A stretch of 64,000 nt of DNA from Eledone cirrhosa (GCA_964016885.1 OZ024747.1:17856001-17920000), one strand, 5' to 3'; positions 13,866 to 28,890 are shown, counted from the stretch's first letter. The notes: a model not told the origin generated them from the letters alone. Program-made: numbers and translations.

Positions 13866-14836
13866 TACCTACATATATGTAAATATATAATGTATGTGTG
13901 TGTGTGTGTGTGCGTGCTTGTATGTATATATATCATCATCAACATTCGTCGACTACTGTTGAGATGATGGATCTCACTCTCATGCCCCAGAATTCCCTGT
14001 CCCCCATCGCTGGCCCCAGGTCCTGTCTACTGATTCCCGTATCCCTAGAGATAACGTCAGGGAATGACAGCCTCCTACTCCTAGTCAGGCTGGAATCAGG
14101 GTTCCAGAGCAAGAGAGCGGATAGATATATATATAATTGTTTCTACCTTTGGCACAAGGCCAGCAAATATCCAGTGCATTACTGGTACTTTATTTTATCG
14201 ACCCCGTAAGGATGAAAGGCAAAGTTAACCTCGGCGAGATATAATTTCAGCGAGATTGTATTTTTGCGGTGGCCAAAAACAAAACGAAACGCAATCTTCG
14301 AGATACGCGGCAAGCGCTCAATGGACTAAAAGAAGACCAGAGCAATTAACATACGTTATAGAGGCCAGACAAAATGAGAACAGTGGTCGTGAAGCCATCA
14401 GCCACCGGTGCCAAATATACGAACCAAGCTAAACAGGTTAACATGAATGTATGTGTATGAATATAAATGTGTTTGTTTAAGTGGATGTGTGCGTTTATTT
14501 ATGGTTTTCTGCCTGGAATTTTATATTTTAATATAATAGTTTGTTGGGTTTTTGTTATTTTGTTAATTTACCTTTAATCATTGTTTTTACTATTCTTTCT
14601 TTCTCTCTCTCTCACGCACACTCCTATCTCTGTCATTCCTTTCCCTCTCTCTCACTCACTGTCACACTCTCCTATCTCTCTCTCACTCACTCACTCCTAT
14701 CTCTCTCTCACTCACTCGCACCTATCTCTCTCTTTCCTCCCCCCCCCCCCCATCTCTCTCTCTCTCTCTCACTCACACACTCCTATCCCTGTCTCTTTCC
14801 TCTCCCCCTCCCTCTCTCCCTCCCTCCCTCCCTCTC

Positions 14837-16647
14837 GTACGCACACACCACACACATACACAACAGACACACATACTCACCTACATACAGACAAACACAC
14901 ATGTACGCACACACCACACACATATACAACAGACACACACACTCACCTACATACAGACAAATACACATGTACGCACACACCACACACATATACAACAGAC
15001 ACACACACTCACATACATACAGACAAACACACATGTACGCACACACCACACACATATACAACAGACACACACACACTCACATACATACAGACAAACACAC
15101 ATGTACGCACACACCACACACATATACAACAGACACACACACACTCACATACATACAGACAAACACACATGTACGCACACACCACACACATATACAACAG
15201 ACACACACACACTCACATACATACAGACAAACACACATGTACGCACACACCACACACATATACAACAGACACACACACACTCACATACATACAGACAAAC
15301 ACACATGTACGCACACACCACACACATATACAACAGACACACACACTCACCTACATACAGACAAACACACATGTACGCACACACCACACACATATACAAC
15401 AGACACACACACTCACATACATACAGACAAACACACATGTACGCACACACCACACACATATACAACAGACACACACACACTCACATACATACAGACAAAC
15501 ACACATGTACGCACACACCACACACATATACAACAGACACACACACACTCACATACATACAGACAAACACACATGTACGCACACACCACACACATATACA
15601 ACAGACACACACACACTCACATACATACAGACAAACACACATGTACGCACACACCACACACATATACAACAGACACACACACACTCACATACATACAGAC
15701 AAACACACATGTACGCACACACCACACACATATACAACAGACACACATACTCACCTACATACAGACAAACACACATGTACGCACACACCACACACATATA
15801 CAACAGACACACACACTCACCTACATACAGACAAACACACATGTACGCACACACCACACACATATACAACAGACACACACACACTCACCTACATACAGAC
15901 AAACACACATGTACGCACACACCACACACATATACAACAGACACACACACTCACCTACATACAGACAAACACACATGTACGCACACACCACACACATATA
16001 CAACAGACACACACACTCACCTACATACAGACAAACACACATGTACGCACACACCACACACATATACAACAGACACACACACACTCACCTACATACAGAC
16101 AAACACACATGTACGCACACACCACACACATATACAACAGACACACACACTCACCTACATACAGACAAACACACATGTACGCACACACCACACACATATA
16201 CAACAGACACACACACTCACCTACATACAGACAAACACACATGTACGCACACACCACACACATATACAACAGACACACACACACTCACATACATACAGAC
16301 AAACACACATGTACGCACACACCACACACATATACAACAGACACACACACACTCACATACATACAGACAAACTCACATGTACGCACACACCACACACATA
16401 TACAACAGACACACACACACTCACATACATACAGACAAACACACATGTACGCACACACCACACACATATACAACAGACACACACACACTCACATACATAC
16501 AGACAAACACACATGTACGCACACACCACACACATATACAACAGACACGCTCACTCACATACATACAGACAAACACACATGTACGCACACACCACACACA
16601 TATACAACAGACACACACACTCACCTACATACAGACAAACACACATG
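14837..16647. repeat. 66-68-bp CA-rich minisatellite, ~27 copies
   Basis: Unit gtacgcacacaccacacacatatacaacagacacacacactcacmtacatacagacaaacacacat. It explains the 675-849 aa spurious ORFs. Confidence 0.95.
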
Positions 16648-16699
16648 TTCTTTCCTCCCCCCCCCCCCATCTCTCTCTCTCTCTCTCTCTCTCACTCAC

Positions 16700-17060
16700 A
16701 CACTCCTATCTCTGTCTCTTTCCTCTCCCCCTGTCTCTCTCCCTCGCTCCCTCCCTCTCACTATCACACACCCCTATCTCTATCTTTCCTCTCCCCCTGT
16801 CTCTCTCCCTCGCTCCCTCCCTCTCACTATCACACACCCCTATCTCTATCTTTCCTCTCCCCCTGTCTCTCTCCCTCGCTCCCTCCCTCTCACTATCACA
16901 CACCCCTATCTCTATCTTTCCTCTCCCCCTGTCTCTCTCCCTCGCTCCCTCCCTCTCACTATCTCACACCCCTATCTCTATCTTTCCTCTCCCCCTGTCT
17001 CTCTCCCTCGCTCCCTCCCTCTCACTATCACACACCCCTATCTCTATCTTTCCTTTCCCT
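16700..17060. repeat. 66-bp CT-rich minisatellite, ~5 copies
   Basis: Unit tctttcctctccccctgtctctctccctcgctccctccctctcactatcacacacccctatctcta. Confidence 0.92.
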
Positions 17061-17274
17061 CTGTCTATATCTTTCTCGTTATCATGTTAATCATACAACA
17101 CTTATTAAGTAAAATTGGTATATTTTGAAACGTCTGATATATATATAATTGTGTGTGCATACATGCATGCGTATATGCGTATATATATATATATATATAT
17201 ATATACGAATGCATGTATACATACATATATGTGTGTACATATACGTGTGCGTCTGTTTCTGTACACGTATAATA

Positions 17275-17313
<39 letters not shown>

Positions 17314-17314
17314 C

Positions 17315-17430
<116 letters not shown>

Positions 17431-17719
17431 GAGAGAGAAAGGACAATGCAGCGTAAATTGAAGAGTGAACAAATAAATAAGTAAAAAGTAATTATAGGAA
17501 AAATATTTGTTTCGCTGTTGACATATAATTTAATTAAATATCTCTGTAGAGTATAACAAAGTTGCAATATAATTTAATATTTAATTTTTAAAATGTTCAT
17601 TATATTCATACATGTAGATATGTGTAAACCTATCTTGCTTTCTCCCTCCCTCTCTCTCTCCATATATATATATATATATATAGTACACACGCATACAAGC
17701 ATTCACATATACCCTAAAC

Positions 17720-17754
<35 letters not shown>

Positions 17755-17819
17755 AAGACTCCCTTCGGACACGAATGTCCTTGCACCTATAAAGTTCACC
17801 ATATATATATATATACATG

Positions 17820-18560
17820 AAAGAAAAGAGCGTTCAATACGTGTGGTAGTGTTTATATTTATAATTGAAAAGTTGATGACTTTTGCATTCATATGAAGTG
17901 AAGTTTTAGCTTCATGCTATTTGAAAGGCGGGTCTTTGTTAGTCGTTGGAAACGTTTTGTACCCACCATTCGTAACAGGTCTTATTTGAGAGTCTTTGTA
18001 GGCTCCTATCGGGGATCCATTATAATAGTAGTGGAATATAACGGGAATAAAAGGCCTACATTGATGTATTCGTTGGCTTGAGTGATGGGGTTCGCGGATT
18101 AACCTCTTGAAATTGTCCTAGATGAAATGCTTATCTGACTTCAATTAGAAATCATCTCGATTTTTTTCTGTTGAGTTATATCTTCAGCTTTAGTTTATGC
18201 AGTTTCTCTCAAAAGCAGAAACGACACTGACGTAATCCCTTGGAGTATCGGAGATCTTTGTCGATTATGTTCTAAATTTTAGTCGTAGATTTATTGTGGC
18301 TGAACTTCCAAATAAAACTGAACAGAGAAGTGAAAGTTACTCTACGCCTCGACCTAAAGTTGTAGAGTTGTTTGCTATTTCTTGTCATAAAGTTGTTAGC
18401 AGTGAACTCCGTATATTTCCATGGATACCATTAGATGGATTGATTGTCGCTCAATATAACTCGATTTGGGGAAGAAAGAGCCCTGTTGGCAGACACTTTG
18501 CTTTATATCTCCAATTGCATTTAGATTGCTGTGTGTATGTGTAGTTTCGTTTGACATAGA
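17820..18560 (-). pseudogene. Older, decayed PLE fragment with GIY-YIG endonuclease remnant
   Basis: Minus-strand translation with stops and shifts: KCNWRYKAKC...LY*ATI...KYTEFTANNFMTRNSKQLYNFR...TSLFSFIWKF...I*NIIDK..RYSKGLRQCRFCF*EKLHKL...LNRKN. Colinear with the 42989-43494 domain. TA tracts lie on both sides. Confidence 0.7.
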
Positions 18561-18670
18561 GATATTGCTTGTACTTCTCCATCTTCGGAGAAGTAAAAAA
18601 AAAAAAGTATTAAATATATAATATATAATACTCTACATTTGAGCTTTGTCTATATAGCTTTACCCCTTTG

Positions 18671-18738
<68 letters not shown>

Positions 18739-18798
18739 TTATCCCTTTGCTATATATATACATACATATATATATAAATATATAGTTTTACCCCTTTG

Positions 18799-18876
<78 letters not shown>

Positions 18877-19383
18877 ATAGTACGTCAGTAAATCCTCTAC
18901 TTCAGTGCAAGTCTACGAAGAACACCCAATAAACCTGATGCAAGCAGCAAATAACGTAAACGAAATGATAAAAAAAACAACGTACGAAAGCATGTCAAAG
19001 TAAAATACACATATATGTAACACTGGACGTAGCTAGGTTTCTGTGAGATATACGCATATAAAATAGCATAAGTCTACTCACGATATTACTAAGAGCATTT
19101 GATGGAATTATATTGCTTTACATATTCGTGACTGACGTAAAATACAACACGACGTATGGTAAGCAGATTCGAAATGTAATTTTCAAATTTTTAAAGAGAG
19201 ATTCTTCGAGGTAGAAATTCTCTGCGGAACAGCTCTCTATGGTTTCAGATATAGTATATACATTATTGCAAAGCAGCAATATCAGCATATATTCTTCAAA
19301 TGCAGCGACGATTTATTTCAATTTACAGAGAGCATTCAATGATTTCCATATAAGACATGTGAAATAGCATGTATATATATCTG

Positions 19384-19426
<43 letters not shown>

Positions 19427-19637
19427 TTGTGTGTGTGTATATATATATATAGCGTGTGTGTCCGTGTGTATGTGTGTCTTGTTATACTTTGGATGGTTTA
19501 TGCTGGTAATAGTAAAACATGCGCTAGCTGAGTTTCACTTTTAATTGAGCTTTATTATTAGTTACGCAACTAATCGATACATGAATATGTATCTCTCTCT
19601 ATATATATATATATAGATATGTTTATATCTATATCTA

Positions 19638-19668
<31 letters not shown>

Positions 19669-19762
19669 GTATATATCTATATCTATCTATCTATCTATAT
19701 ATCTATATCTATCTATCTATCTATATATCTATATATCTATAAATCTATATATATATATATAA

Positions 19763-19840
<78 letters not shown>

Positions 19841-19929
19841 CACAATGACCAGGCAGTGGAGAATTAACATCGAAAAACCTCCTGCACAATAAATCAACAA
19901 ATTATATCACTATAATTTATTCAGATGAG

Positions 19930-19999
19930 AGCTGTCTGCTGAAATCGTATCTGAAGATTTAAATTACTAAGAGATACCATGAAAATGCGTATAACAGCT
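19930..19999 (+). ncRNA. Degenerate hammerhead motif; 3' half repeated at 13327-13356
   Basis: agctgt-CTGCTGA-..gtatct...agatac..-GAAAAT-gcgt-ATA-acagct. Stem I is a perfect agctgt/acagct but the core is mutated. The 13327 copy reads ccatg-GAAAT-gcgt-ATA-acagct between TA tracts. Confidence 0.5.
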
Positions 20000-20967
20000 A
20001 TTATGTAATAAATATAGTGTGGTGAAATGTAATCTTATTGCCTTCTACTTCATTATATATCATGTGTATACATATAAATATATATGTGTGTGTGAGAGAG
20101 AGATATAAACATTAAGTCGTGTATATGAAAACAAAATGCGCATATTTTTGTAAACTCACAGCATAGCTTATGCTTTTATATCATAGACTGCGTAGAACAA
20201 GATGTCTATAACGTATTTCATACATTTCTCGAATTATATAACTATAAAATCGTATAAGTATAACATCACAAATCTATAAAATCATAATGTTATCCAGATT
20301 AAGTAAATTATATGCTATTATGAACATTATGTGAATGTTTCCTGTAAATATATTATTACTGAATACATGACCAACTAAAATAAGCCGTTTTATCTGAGTT
20401 GCTCTGTATATTATTAGGTGCCAAAATCATTCTTTTGACATTTATGTATGTGAGATAGAGTGAATCAAAGTGTCAATGACCAGCTTGTAAAATCTACGAC
20501 ACGAGATTTTGTCGTCTAATAAAATATATAATTATCACAAAATATTACAGTGAACTTACCTGAATATAACAGGTTAAAAGTCAGCGTTTTTTGATTTTGT
20601 TTTTGTTTTTTAATAACAACGACACAATCTTTTAGTCTCGCAACAATATTTCAGATCAAATATAGATATCAAAATTGGCAACAGTTACAAGAACTCAGTG
20701 GCCATCGGCTGTCGAAATGAATAAATAAATATATGTAATTTATATGTATGTATGTATATATGTATGTATGGATGTATGTAGGTAGGTATGTAGGTAGGTA
20801 GGTATGTATGGCTGTATGCATACATGTATGTATGTGTGTATGAGTATGTATGTATATATAATCATGATTTTAAGACACATATGTACACTACAGAGTTAGG
20901 TATAATTAGTCTTAGCGAGGTATTCGACACCAAAAGTGCTGCAAAATATTCATGAAATTATCTATTA

Positions 20968-21262
20968 TGCGGACTGTGGTCTAGTGGTAAGCGTGTTGAA
21001 TTTACGATCATAATGGTGTGGGTTCAATTCCTGGACTGGGTTGTGTGTTGTGTTCTTGAGTAAAACACTTCATTTCTTGTTGCTTCAATATACTCAGCTG
21101 AAAATGAGTACTAGCCAAAGCTGGGAGTTTAACCCTGTGATGGACTAGCGTCCTGTCAATGGGGGGGGGGCTTTTTGTGGTCTCAGTCGCCTCACGCCAT
21201 GGAAACTGGGATAAGCAACGGCATGATGAGCCTTCGGGCTCGAAATAGACTTTAGACTTTAG
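20968..21262 (+). mobile_element. SINE family B
   Basis: tgtggtctagtggtaag...ggttcaattcctggactggg...gttcttgagtaaaacactt. Relatives at 31775-31875, 50525-50660 and 62245-62385 (- strand). Confidence 0.8.
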
Positions 21263-23949
21263 TCTGCGGTACAAGAAATCTGCAGCGTCAAAAACAAGAA
21301 CACATTTGTAAAGGATTGTGTAATATCTTAAATTGTAGTAAAACTTCCGCTATAAAACGTTCTGTTTCGTCAACTATATTTCTTATCAAGCTATGATCAG
21401 CAATCACAGGGTTTGAATATAAGACAATCAGTAAACCAGTTTCTTTACCCCAAACTTATAAAACTATGTTACGAGGAAACACTGCTTCAAAATGTCGAAT
21501 ACTCCTCGGAGCACACATACCCGTATTAAGACATATACGTACGTAATTCACAGGGTATACCATAAATCTTCTTAACATATATTTTTCGACTAAAGTGTTC
21601 AACAAATATTCATAAAATTACTAATTATCTGGTGCTGTTATATATATACTTATACATGCATAATATACATATATATATGTGTGTAGGGGGGGTATACTTT
21701 TCCTGCAAGCGTACGTAGACTTAGTTAAACATTAACTGAATAAGCTCTCAATACATATGAGCTAAATATGAGATATATTCTGCCATATATATATATGTGT
21801 GCATGTGTATAAGTGTGCGTGTGTGTATGTATGTGTGCATGTGTATGTGTGTATGTTTGTATGTTTGTGTGTATTCTATCTGCATCTATCTATCCGAAAT
21901 AGCAATTAATTAATGTTTCCTTATATGCATCCGTATCTGATTTTCTGCTTAGTTTGGCATTTGTGTATCTCAAGATTTCTCTTTTCTTACTCTCGGTATT
22001 TCAATGTTGTTGAGTATGTTTATAACAACCACGTTGATTAATACAAATAAAAATTTTGATTCTTCTTGACATATTACAAATACGATTTTTCTTCAATTCC
22101 TACACATATTTTCCCCTGCCAATTCTAGGAAAACGATGACAAAATCATCACTAGTCTAAAATGCTATGTATTTTTTAGTTTCACTAAATTCTCGTTAATT
22201 TTTAAAGTATTTTAGTGATAAACATATTGTTTCCTATTTCGTGCATATTTATAATTATTCTAATCATCATTGTCATAAAACTCAAATATTTATCTTTTTT
22301 CATATTTTTACTAATTCTTAACGGAATTCAACTTGGGCGATGGGGGTGTGTTTCGTTTGGCTTTTCTTATAAGTTTCTTTCCTATTCTTGTTTCTATATT
22401 GTATTTAAATTTGACGTAACGATAATTAAAATGAGATTATCAGATGTGTGTGTGTTGTGTGTATGAGTGTGTGTGTTGTGTGTATGTGTGTGTGCGCGTG
22501 CGTGTGTGTGCGTGTGTGTGTGATTTCGTCTCTCACCTACTCAAACATACTTAAACTTGTTGTGACCATGTCTTTGACTCTCTCTCGCTCTCTCTCTCTC
22601 TCTCTCATTTCTCTCTTTCACCCTTCTATCTCTCTCACTTCTCATTTCTCTCTCCTCCTATCTATGTATATATATATACGTATATACTCATATATATATA
22701 TACATAGAGTTAGGAGAGAGGGTGTATGTATGTGTGTGTGATAGACAATACAATCACAATAAGTTTGAATATGTTTGAGTAGGTGGAGGACACAACGGAA
22801 AACAAACAAAAATGACTAAAGATAAAGAATATAATTAAAATATCGAAGATATTAAGAGATTTATATATGAGTCAGATTTTAGCTAACTAAAACCAATTGA
22901 TATCTCATGAAAAATCCAATACAATGACTAAAATGAATAGCAAAATTACATATAAAAGTTATAATTTCAGTTAAAATAGTCTCTCTGCGTTGAAAAACGT
23001 ATTACAGCGTTTTTCAATTACGATACTGACAAAAAATGATTTTATTACGAAAAACGGAAGAGACAGACATACATTTGTAATTTATATATATAATAGATAT
23101 TGAAACGAGCACTCTATCACATTAAGTTTGAACGTCTTTGAGTTGGAATATGAACGTAAATGTTGAAGTGATTTACACATGTGTCAAACTTTAACAAAAA
23201 TGAATTGATATGTCAGGAAAGTATAATAAAATGGCTAAAAATTATTTTGAATTTTTTTTTTTTTAATAACACTTATAATTATAGTTAGAATTGACTCTAT
23301 ACTTTGAAAGAGGCAGTACACCATATTTCAATTACTGTGTTCTCAAAAAAACTATTTTGATACAAATCACAATCGAAGAAGAAAGGGAATCACAATCTAA
23401 GAAGACATTGAATTGATAATGTAGTCCAGAATAAACTTTGCTTGAAAAGGTTTATATGAATTTTAAGAAAGGTTTACAGCCATTTTCCCTGGTGTTTTAA
23501 CGGTATTGGTGTGTATGTGAGTGTGTGGGTGGGTATGTACATGTGTGTGTGTATTCCTGTCTGTCTGTCTGTCTGTGTGTGTGTGTGTGTGTGTCTGTAT
23601 GTCTGCGTGTGTGTGTGCCTGTCTGTCTGTCTGTGTGAGTGTGCTTGTCTGTGTGTACCTGTCTGTCTGTGTGTGTGTCTGTCTGTCTGTCTTTGTATGC
23701 TGATAGAACCAAGCTTAAGACACAAATCTCACTAAAATATAACTGATTAGTTGATTGATTAATCATGACTTATTGTGGTCCATGTTTTATCCATCGTCAG
23801 GGATATCTGAAATACCACAATAGATAGCAGGAGGTGTGGAGATAACGCCTCGGATATCCTCACTGCCAAGCTATAACTAGTCTTAATTGGTGACTATATA
23901 TGTTTATTATACTCCTCCTATCAATATCTGGTCTTATACCTTAAGCAAA

Positions 23950-24285
23950 GCGGTCGTACCCTTGGCAGTGGAGACTTCTGGTGTGCTTGGCCCTAGTGCT
24001 ACCTCCCTACTCACCACCATAGGTTCTGAGATGGCCAGCCGCAGGTGTGAGCCTCGCGAGTTGGAATGGCTCTTCCAGCGCATTTCCCTTACCATCCTCC
24101 GGGGAAACGCCTTCTCCATTCTGTCCGTCGGAGCTGTGGGGAGGCCAGCAGGTGGGACCCCATTTTCTCACCATACGGAGAGATGGGGAGGGCCAGAGAG
24201 ATGGAGGCGATGACAGTGGGAGTTCGGCTGTTCTTTCATATTTGCTTAGGTTACAATTGCATTGTGAATAACTTTATTTGATTCG
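23950..24285 (+). mobile_element. CRE-like non-LTR retrotransposon 3' fragment (restriction-like endonuclease C-terminus)
   Basis: PLAVETSGVLGPSATSLLTTIG...RELEWLFQRISLTILRGNAFSI matches the PxAxETxG...LFQRxSxxxxRGNA signature. Confidence 0.75.
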
Positions 24286-24961
24286 TGCTTACAGAATATT
24301 TCCTTTGTCCCTAAAAACAATTTTGTTCTAGTGTTCAAATCTCGCCGAGATCAACTTAGCCTTTCCTGCTTCCGGTTCGATAAAATGAAATCCAGTTAAG
24401 TATAAGGGTCAATTAATCAACTTTCAACTCCTCCTAAATTGCTGGTCTATTGCCTAAATACTAATTACTTCCCCTGTATTTGACTGCCTGTCAGTTATAC
24501 ACTATACGTTCATATGTTTAGTTGAAGAAGTGACGTCCGAACGAGTATCCTCCACCATCAACTAACTTGCCCTCCGCCTCTGGGTCCCGGTCGACAGGAT
24601 GGAGAATATATTGCCCCGGAGGGCAGTGAGTGAGACGTGCTGAAACGACCACTCCACCCCCCGCGGGGCACGCACCTGCGGGCAGAAAACTCCGCCAACC
24701 ATTATAGTAGAAGACAAAGACATTTTGTGTCTGAACCAAAAATCACATGGTTACGAACCGACCTCATTAACCACTAAATAACTATGCCTGTTACTATTAA
24801 GGCCTTCTTTTACGTCTTTGAGTTCAAATCCCACGAGAGATAGCTGTCCTCATTCATCTCAATAAAAGGACTGCTGGTTATGAACTGAAGTCACTATAAA
24901 AATCTCGCCCAAAATGTTTATCATGTTGTGGCATTGCATCATAAAAGAACTCATTATTATT

Positions 24962-25140
24962 TCGGTATCGGTAGAAGGACGGACGCCAAGCTTTGTCGCA
25001 TAGAGTTACGTCGCTTGCCATTCTCAGTTCAAATCCCGCCGAGGTTAACTTTGCCTTTCATCCTTACGGGGTCGATAAGATAAAGTACCAGTAATGTACT
25101 GGGGTAATTGCTGGCCTTGTGCCAAAAGAAAAAACAATTA
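24962..25140 (+). mobile_element. Family A SINE
   Basis: Matches the family consensus. Confidence 0.85.
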
Positions 25141-25189
25141 TTATTTCATCAAACTCTATCAAGTTTTGTTGTTGGTTTGTCACTTTCTC

Positions 25190-25940
25190 ATGTTATTATT
25201 GTTGTATTATGATATAAAGTAACCGTTATTGTTGTTGTTACTGTTGTCGTTGTTATTGTTATTGTTGCTGTTTTTGTTGTCGTTGCTCTTGACGTTTATT
25301 GCTGTAGTTGTTGTTGTTACTGTTTATGTCGTTGCTGTTATTGTTGCCGTTGCTGTTATTGTTGTCGTTGCTGTAGTTGTTGTTGTTACTGTTTATGTCG
25401 TTGCTGTTATTGTTGTCGTTGCTGTTATTGTTGTCGTTGCTGTTATTGTTGTCGTTGCTGTTGTTACTGTTTATGTCGCTGCTGTTATTGTTGTCGTTGC
25501 TGTTATTGTTGTCGTTGCTGTTATTGTTGTCGTTGCTGTTATTGTTGTCGTTGCTGTTATTGCTCTCGTTGCTGTAGTTGTTGTTGTTGTTACTGTTTAT
25601 GTCGTTGCTGTTATTGTTGTCGTTGCTGTTATTGCTCTCGTTGCTGTAGTTGTTGTTGTTACTGTTTATGTCATTGCTGTTATTGTTGTCGTTGCTGTTA
25701 TTGCTCTCGTTGCTGTAGTTGTTATTGTTACTGTTTATGTCATTGCTATTGTTGCTGTTGTTACAGCTGCTGTTTTCGTTGTCGCTGCTGTTATTGCTGT
25801 CGCTGCTGTTATTGCTGTCGTTGCTGTTATTGCTGGCGTTGCTGCTATAGTTTTAGTTGCTGTTGTTGCAGTTTTACTTACATCTAAATTTGTTTTTGTT
25901 TGTTTTGGTTGTTGTCGTTGTTGTTGTTGTTGTCGTTGTT
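25190..25940. repeat. GTT/GCT/GTC trinucleotide-derived low-complexity array
   Basis: Recurrent gttgctgttattgttgtc unit. Confidence 0.9.
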
Positions 25941-26774
25941 TTCTTTACACGAAGAAAGTTCCTGGGTTGAATGTAATCGCTAATACAGACGCGACTATCG
26001 ATTTTTAGACAGCCAATTTAAATAGTGATGATAAATACATAACGTTAGCTAACCAATTCTCCATAGATTTTCATGTAACGCTCTTGCCTCGCTGTGTAGC
26101 AATTCAATTATCTACACTCATGCTTTAGAATTTATTCCACAACATCTACACTCGTTGTCTCGCCGCTCCCTTCGTATTATTATTTCAGTTAAGAGCCGTT
26201 TCTGGAAATGGAATGTCAATATAATATGGCTGGGTTTGGCTTGCATTCTCGCTCTTTCTCCTCTTCTCGCTCACCCTCTCTTTCTCTATCTCTATATATA
26301 TGTAAGTATGTGCGTATATTTATATATATGTGTGTATGTGTGTGTGCGTGTATATATATATATGTGTGTGTTTGTGTGTGTGTGTGGGGGGGGGGTGTGC
26401 GTGCGTGTGTGTATGTGTGTGTATACATATGCGACCAAGTTCGGATCTTCCTACTCTGGAATATCGCCTAATGATCCTGTAATTATTCAGGCGGAACTCC
26501 AGAAAAACAAGACTCAAACTTGGCTTTAATAAAGAAAATATATTAATCTCTACTATTGTATTATATACTCATTCTCGCCTCAATAAATATATATATATAT
26601 ATAATGCGATGAAATACCAATGATGGTTGGCAAATCACTGATGAGGGACTAATTTTATAATATGTAATCCATGTGCAACCATGCAGTATTCTTCTCCCCT
26701 TGTTTTTCATATACATTTTCATATATATATATATATTAAAATATGCTACCAAACACTATTATTTGTATCATAAT

Positions 26775-26818
26775 TTAATTTACATATGTTTCATCCTCCT
26801 GGGACTCATCAGAATTAA
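26775..26818 (-). ncRNA. Minimal hammerhead ribozyme motif
   Basis: Reverse complement reads ttaatt-CTGATGA-gtcc cagga ggat-GAAAC-atat-GTA-aattaa. All core nucleotides and three stems are present. It lies about 40 bp from a TA tract. Confidence 0.82.
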
Positions 26819-27104
26819 CTAAGATATAAATAAATACCTCAACAAGTTCATCATTTCAAACGCACACTAATCCACAGAACGTTTTTGTTTACATTTAAAA
26901 AAACTGCACAGTTATAATACGAGATATTCCTTACCAAGTGTAGCATGACAGTCAATACACACTAGCACTCAAGGGAATATTTATACATTAAAATGGTCTT
27001 GTAATCATAGGCAATGCCATTTTCTTTTTTTTTTTTACATAATGAATTCTGTATAAGTGCCAAAATGTACTGATGGACACACCTACATAATTGTACGCCC
27101 ACCT

Positions 27105-27144
27105 ATATTTATATATACATACATACATGTATACATATATATAT

Positions 27145-27180
<36 letters not shown>

Positions 27181-27187
27181 TATTTAT

Positions 27188-27222
<35 letters not shown>

Positions 27223-27253
27223 CACACACACACATATATATACACATACACAT

Positions 27254-27286
<33 letters not shown>

Positions 27287-27509
27287 GTATACACACACAC
27301 ATACACACACATATACATAGATATATATATATGCGCATATATATATATATATATATGCGCATATATATATATACGCATATATATATATATATATATATAT
27401 GCGCATATATATATATATATATATATATACGCATATATATATATATATATACGCATATATATATATATATACGCATATATATATATATATACGCATATAT
27501 ATATATATA

Positions 27510-27568
<59 letters not shown>

Positions 27569-27593
27569 GCATATATATATATATATATATATA

Positions 27594-27674
<81 letters not shown>

Positions 27675-27689
27675 GCATATATATATATA

Positions 27690-27768
<79 letters not shown>

Positions 27769-27795
27769 GCATATATATATATATATATATATATA

Positions 27796-27830
<35 letters not shown>

Positions 27831-27880
27831 ATATATATATATATATATATATATGCGCATATATATATATATATATATAT

Positions 27881-27952
<72 letters not shown>
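27105..27952. repeat. (TA)n microsatellite punctuated by CGC/GCGC
   Basis: Directly visible. Confidence 0.95.
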
Positions 27953-27955
<3 letters not shown>

Positions 27956-28416
27956 AGGAGTCTTCAATACTAACGCAGAATATATTTATTTATTACATTA
28001 CTAAGATTACTGTCTGCTGCTACTCTGTTATTTGCTGTGTGTGTTGTGTGTATGGACCCATAACACATTATGGCGTCGTAAAGGTACCATCATGGCATAC
28101 GGCGTTTCTTGGGCGCTTTACACCTGGCGGAGCCCATTCCTTCTCCAGAATTGAACAAAGCTAATTACTTTCAAAAAAAGAGAAGAGGGAAAGAGATCTA
28201 GAGGAAAATCGATCCAAGTACTGGATCTGATAATTTTATATTGATCCCGAAAGGATAAAAGGCAAAGTTGACATCGGTGGAATTTGAACCCAGGGACCTA
28301 CAGAGCCGAAATTATAACCGTAAAGCATTCCATTCGGTATTCTAATGATTGAAAATCAGCTGCCTATATGTATATGAATATATATATATATATGTATATG
28401 CTATATTCTTGTCTTC

Positions 28417-28454
<38 letters not shown>

Positions 28455-28547
28455 TATCCAAAACCAATGTATACACACACTTTGATTACCTGTACAGGCA
28501 ATATTTATTAGAGTGCTGTTGAAGTGTGTATACATTTTGGAGGAACA

Positions 28548-28584
<37 letters not shown>

Positions 28585-28587
<3 letters not shown>

Positions 28588-28890
28588 AGTTACTGTAGGT
28601 TCACCCGGGTGAGCACTCGATGTTTAGGTTTACTTCAGTGTCGAGGTGTAGAGCTAGCCAGAGTGTATTATAGAGAAATAAAATAAACCAAGGACGATTG
28701 GTTACTCCTTCATTACGTTTATTGGTTGGTGACGCGCTTTTTTCCATTAGAATTATAATGGGTCTGACGAGCCGCGGATTACAGAGTCGGGAGAGATCGA
28801 TACAGACCAAACCTTGAGCTGATCAGTGGCGAAACGCGCGTCACTAACCAATAAACGTAAGGAGTAACCAATCGTCCTTGTTATTTTATT

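Noticed and set aside
14541-17128. 675-849 aa His/Thr-rich ORFs
   Set aside because: All three frames are open only because the CA-rich minisatellite lacks stop codons. There is no coding signal.
20555-20720. Strong minus-strand donor CAG|GTAAGT suggesting a non-coding exon
   Set aside because: A single splice-like motif with no partner exon that I could identify.
20968-21040. tRNA gene
   Set aside because: It continues into SINE body sequence and has no complete cloverleaf. It is a SINE head.
24518-24745. GC-rich 220-bp island or 73-aa ORF
   Set aside because: Probably a TE fragment. I could not assign a family or structure.
25229-26008. 259-aa Val/Ala-rich membrane-like ORF
   Set aside because: Translation of a trinucleotide-derived repeat.
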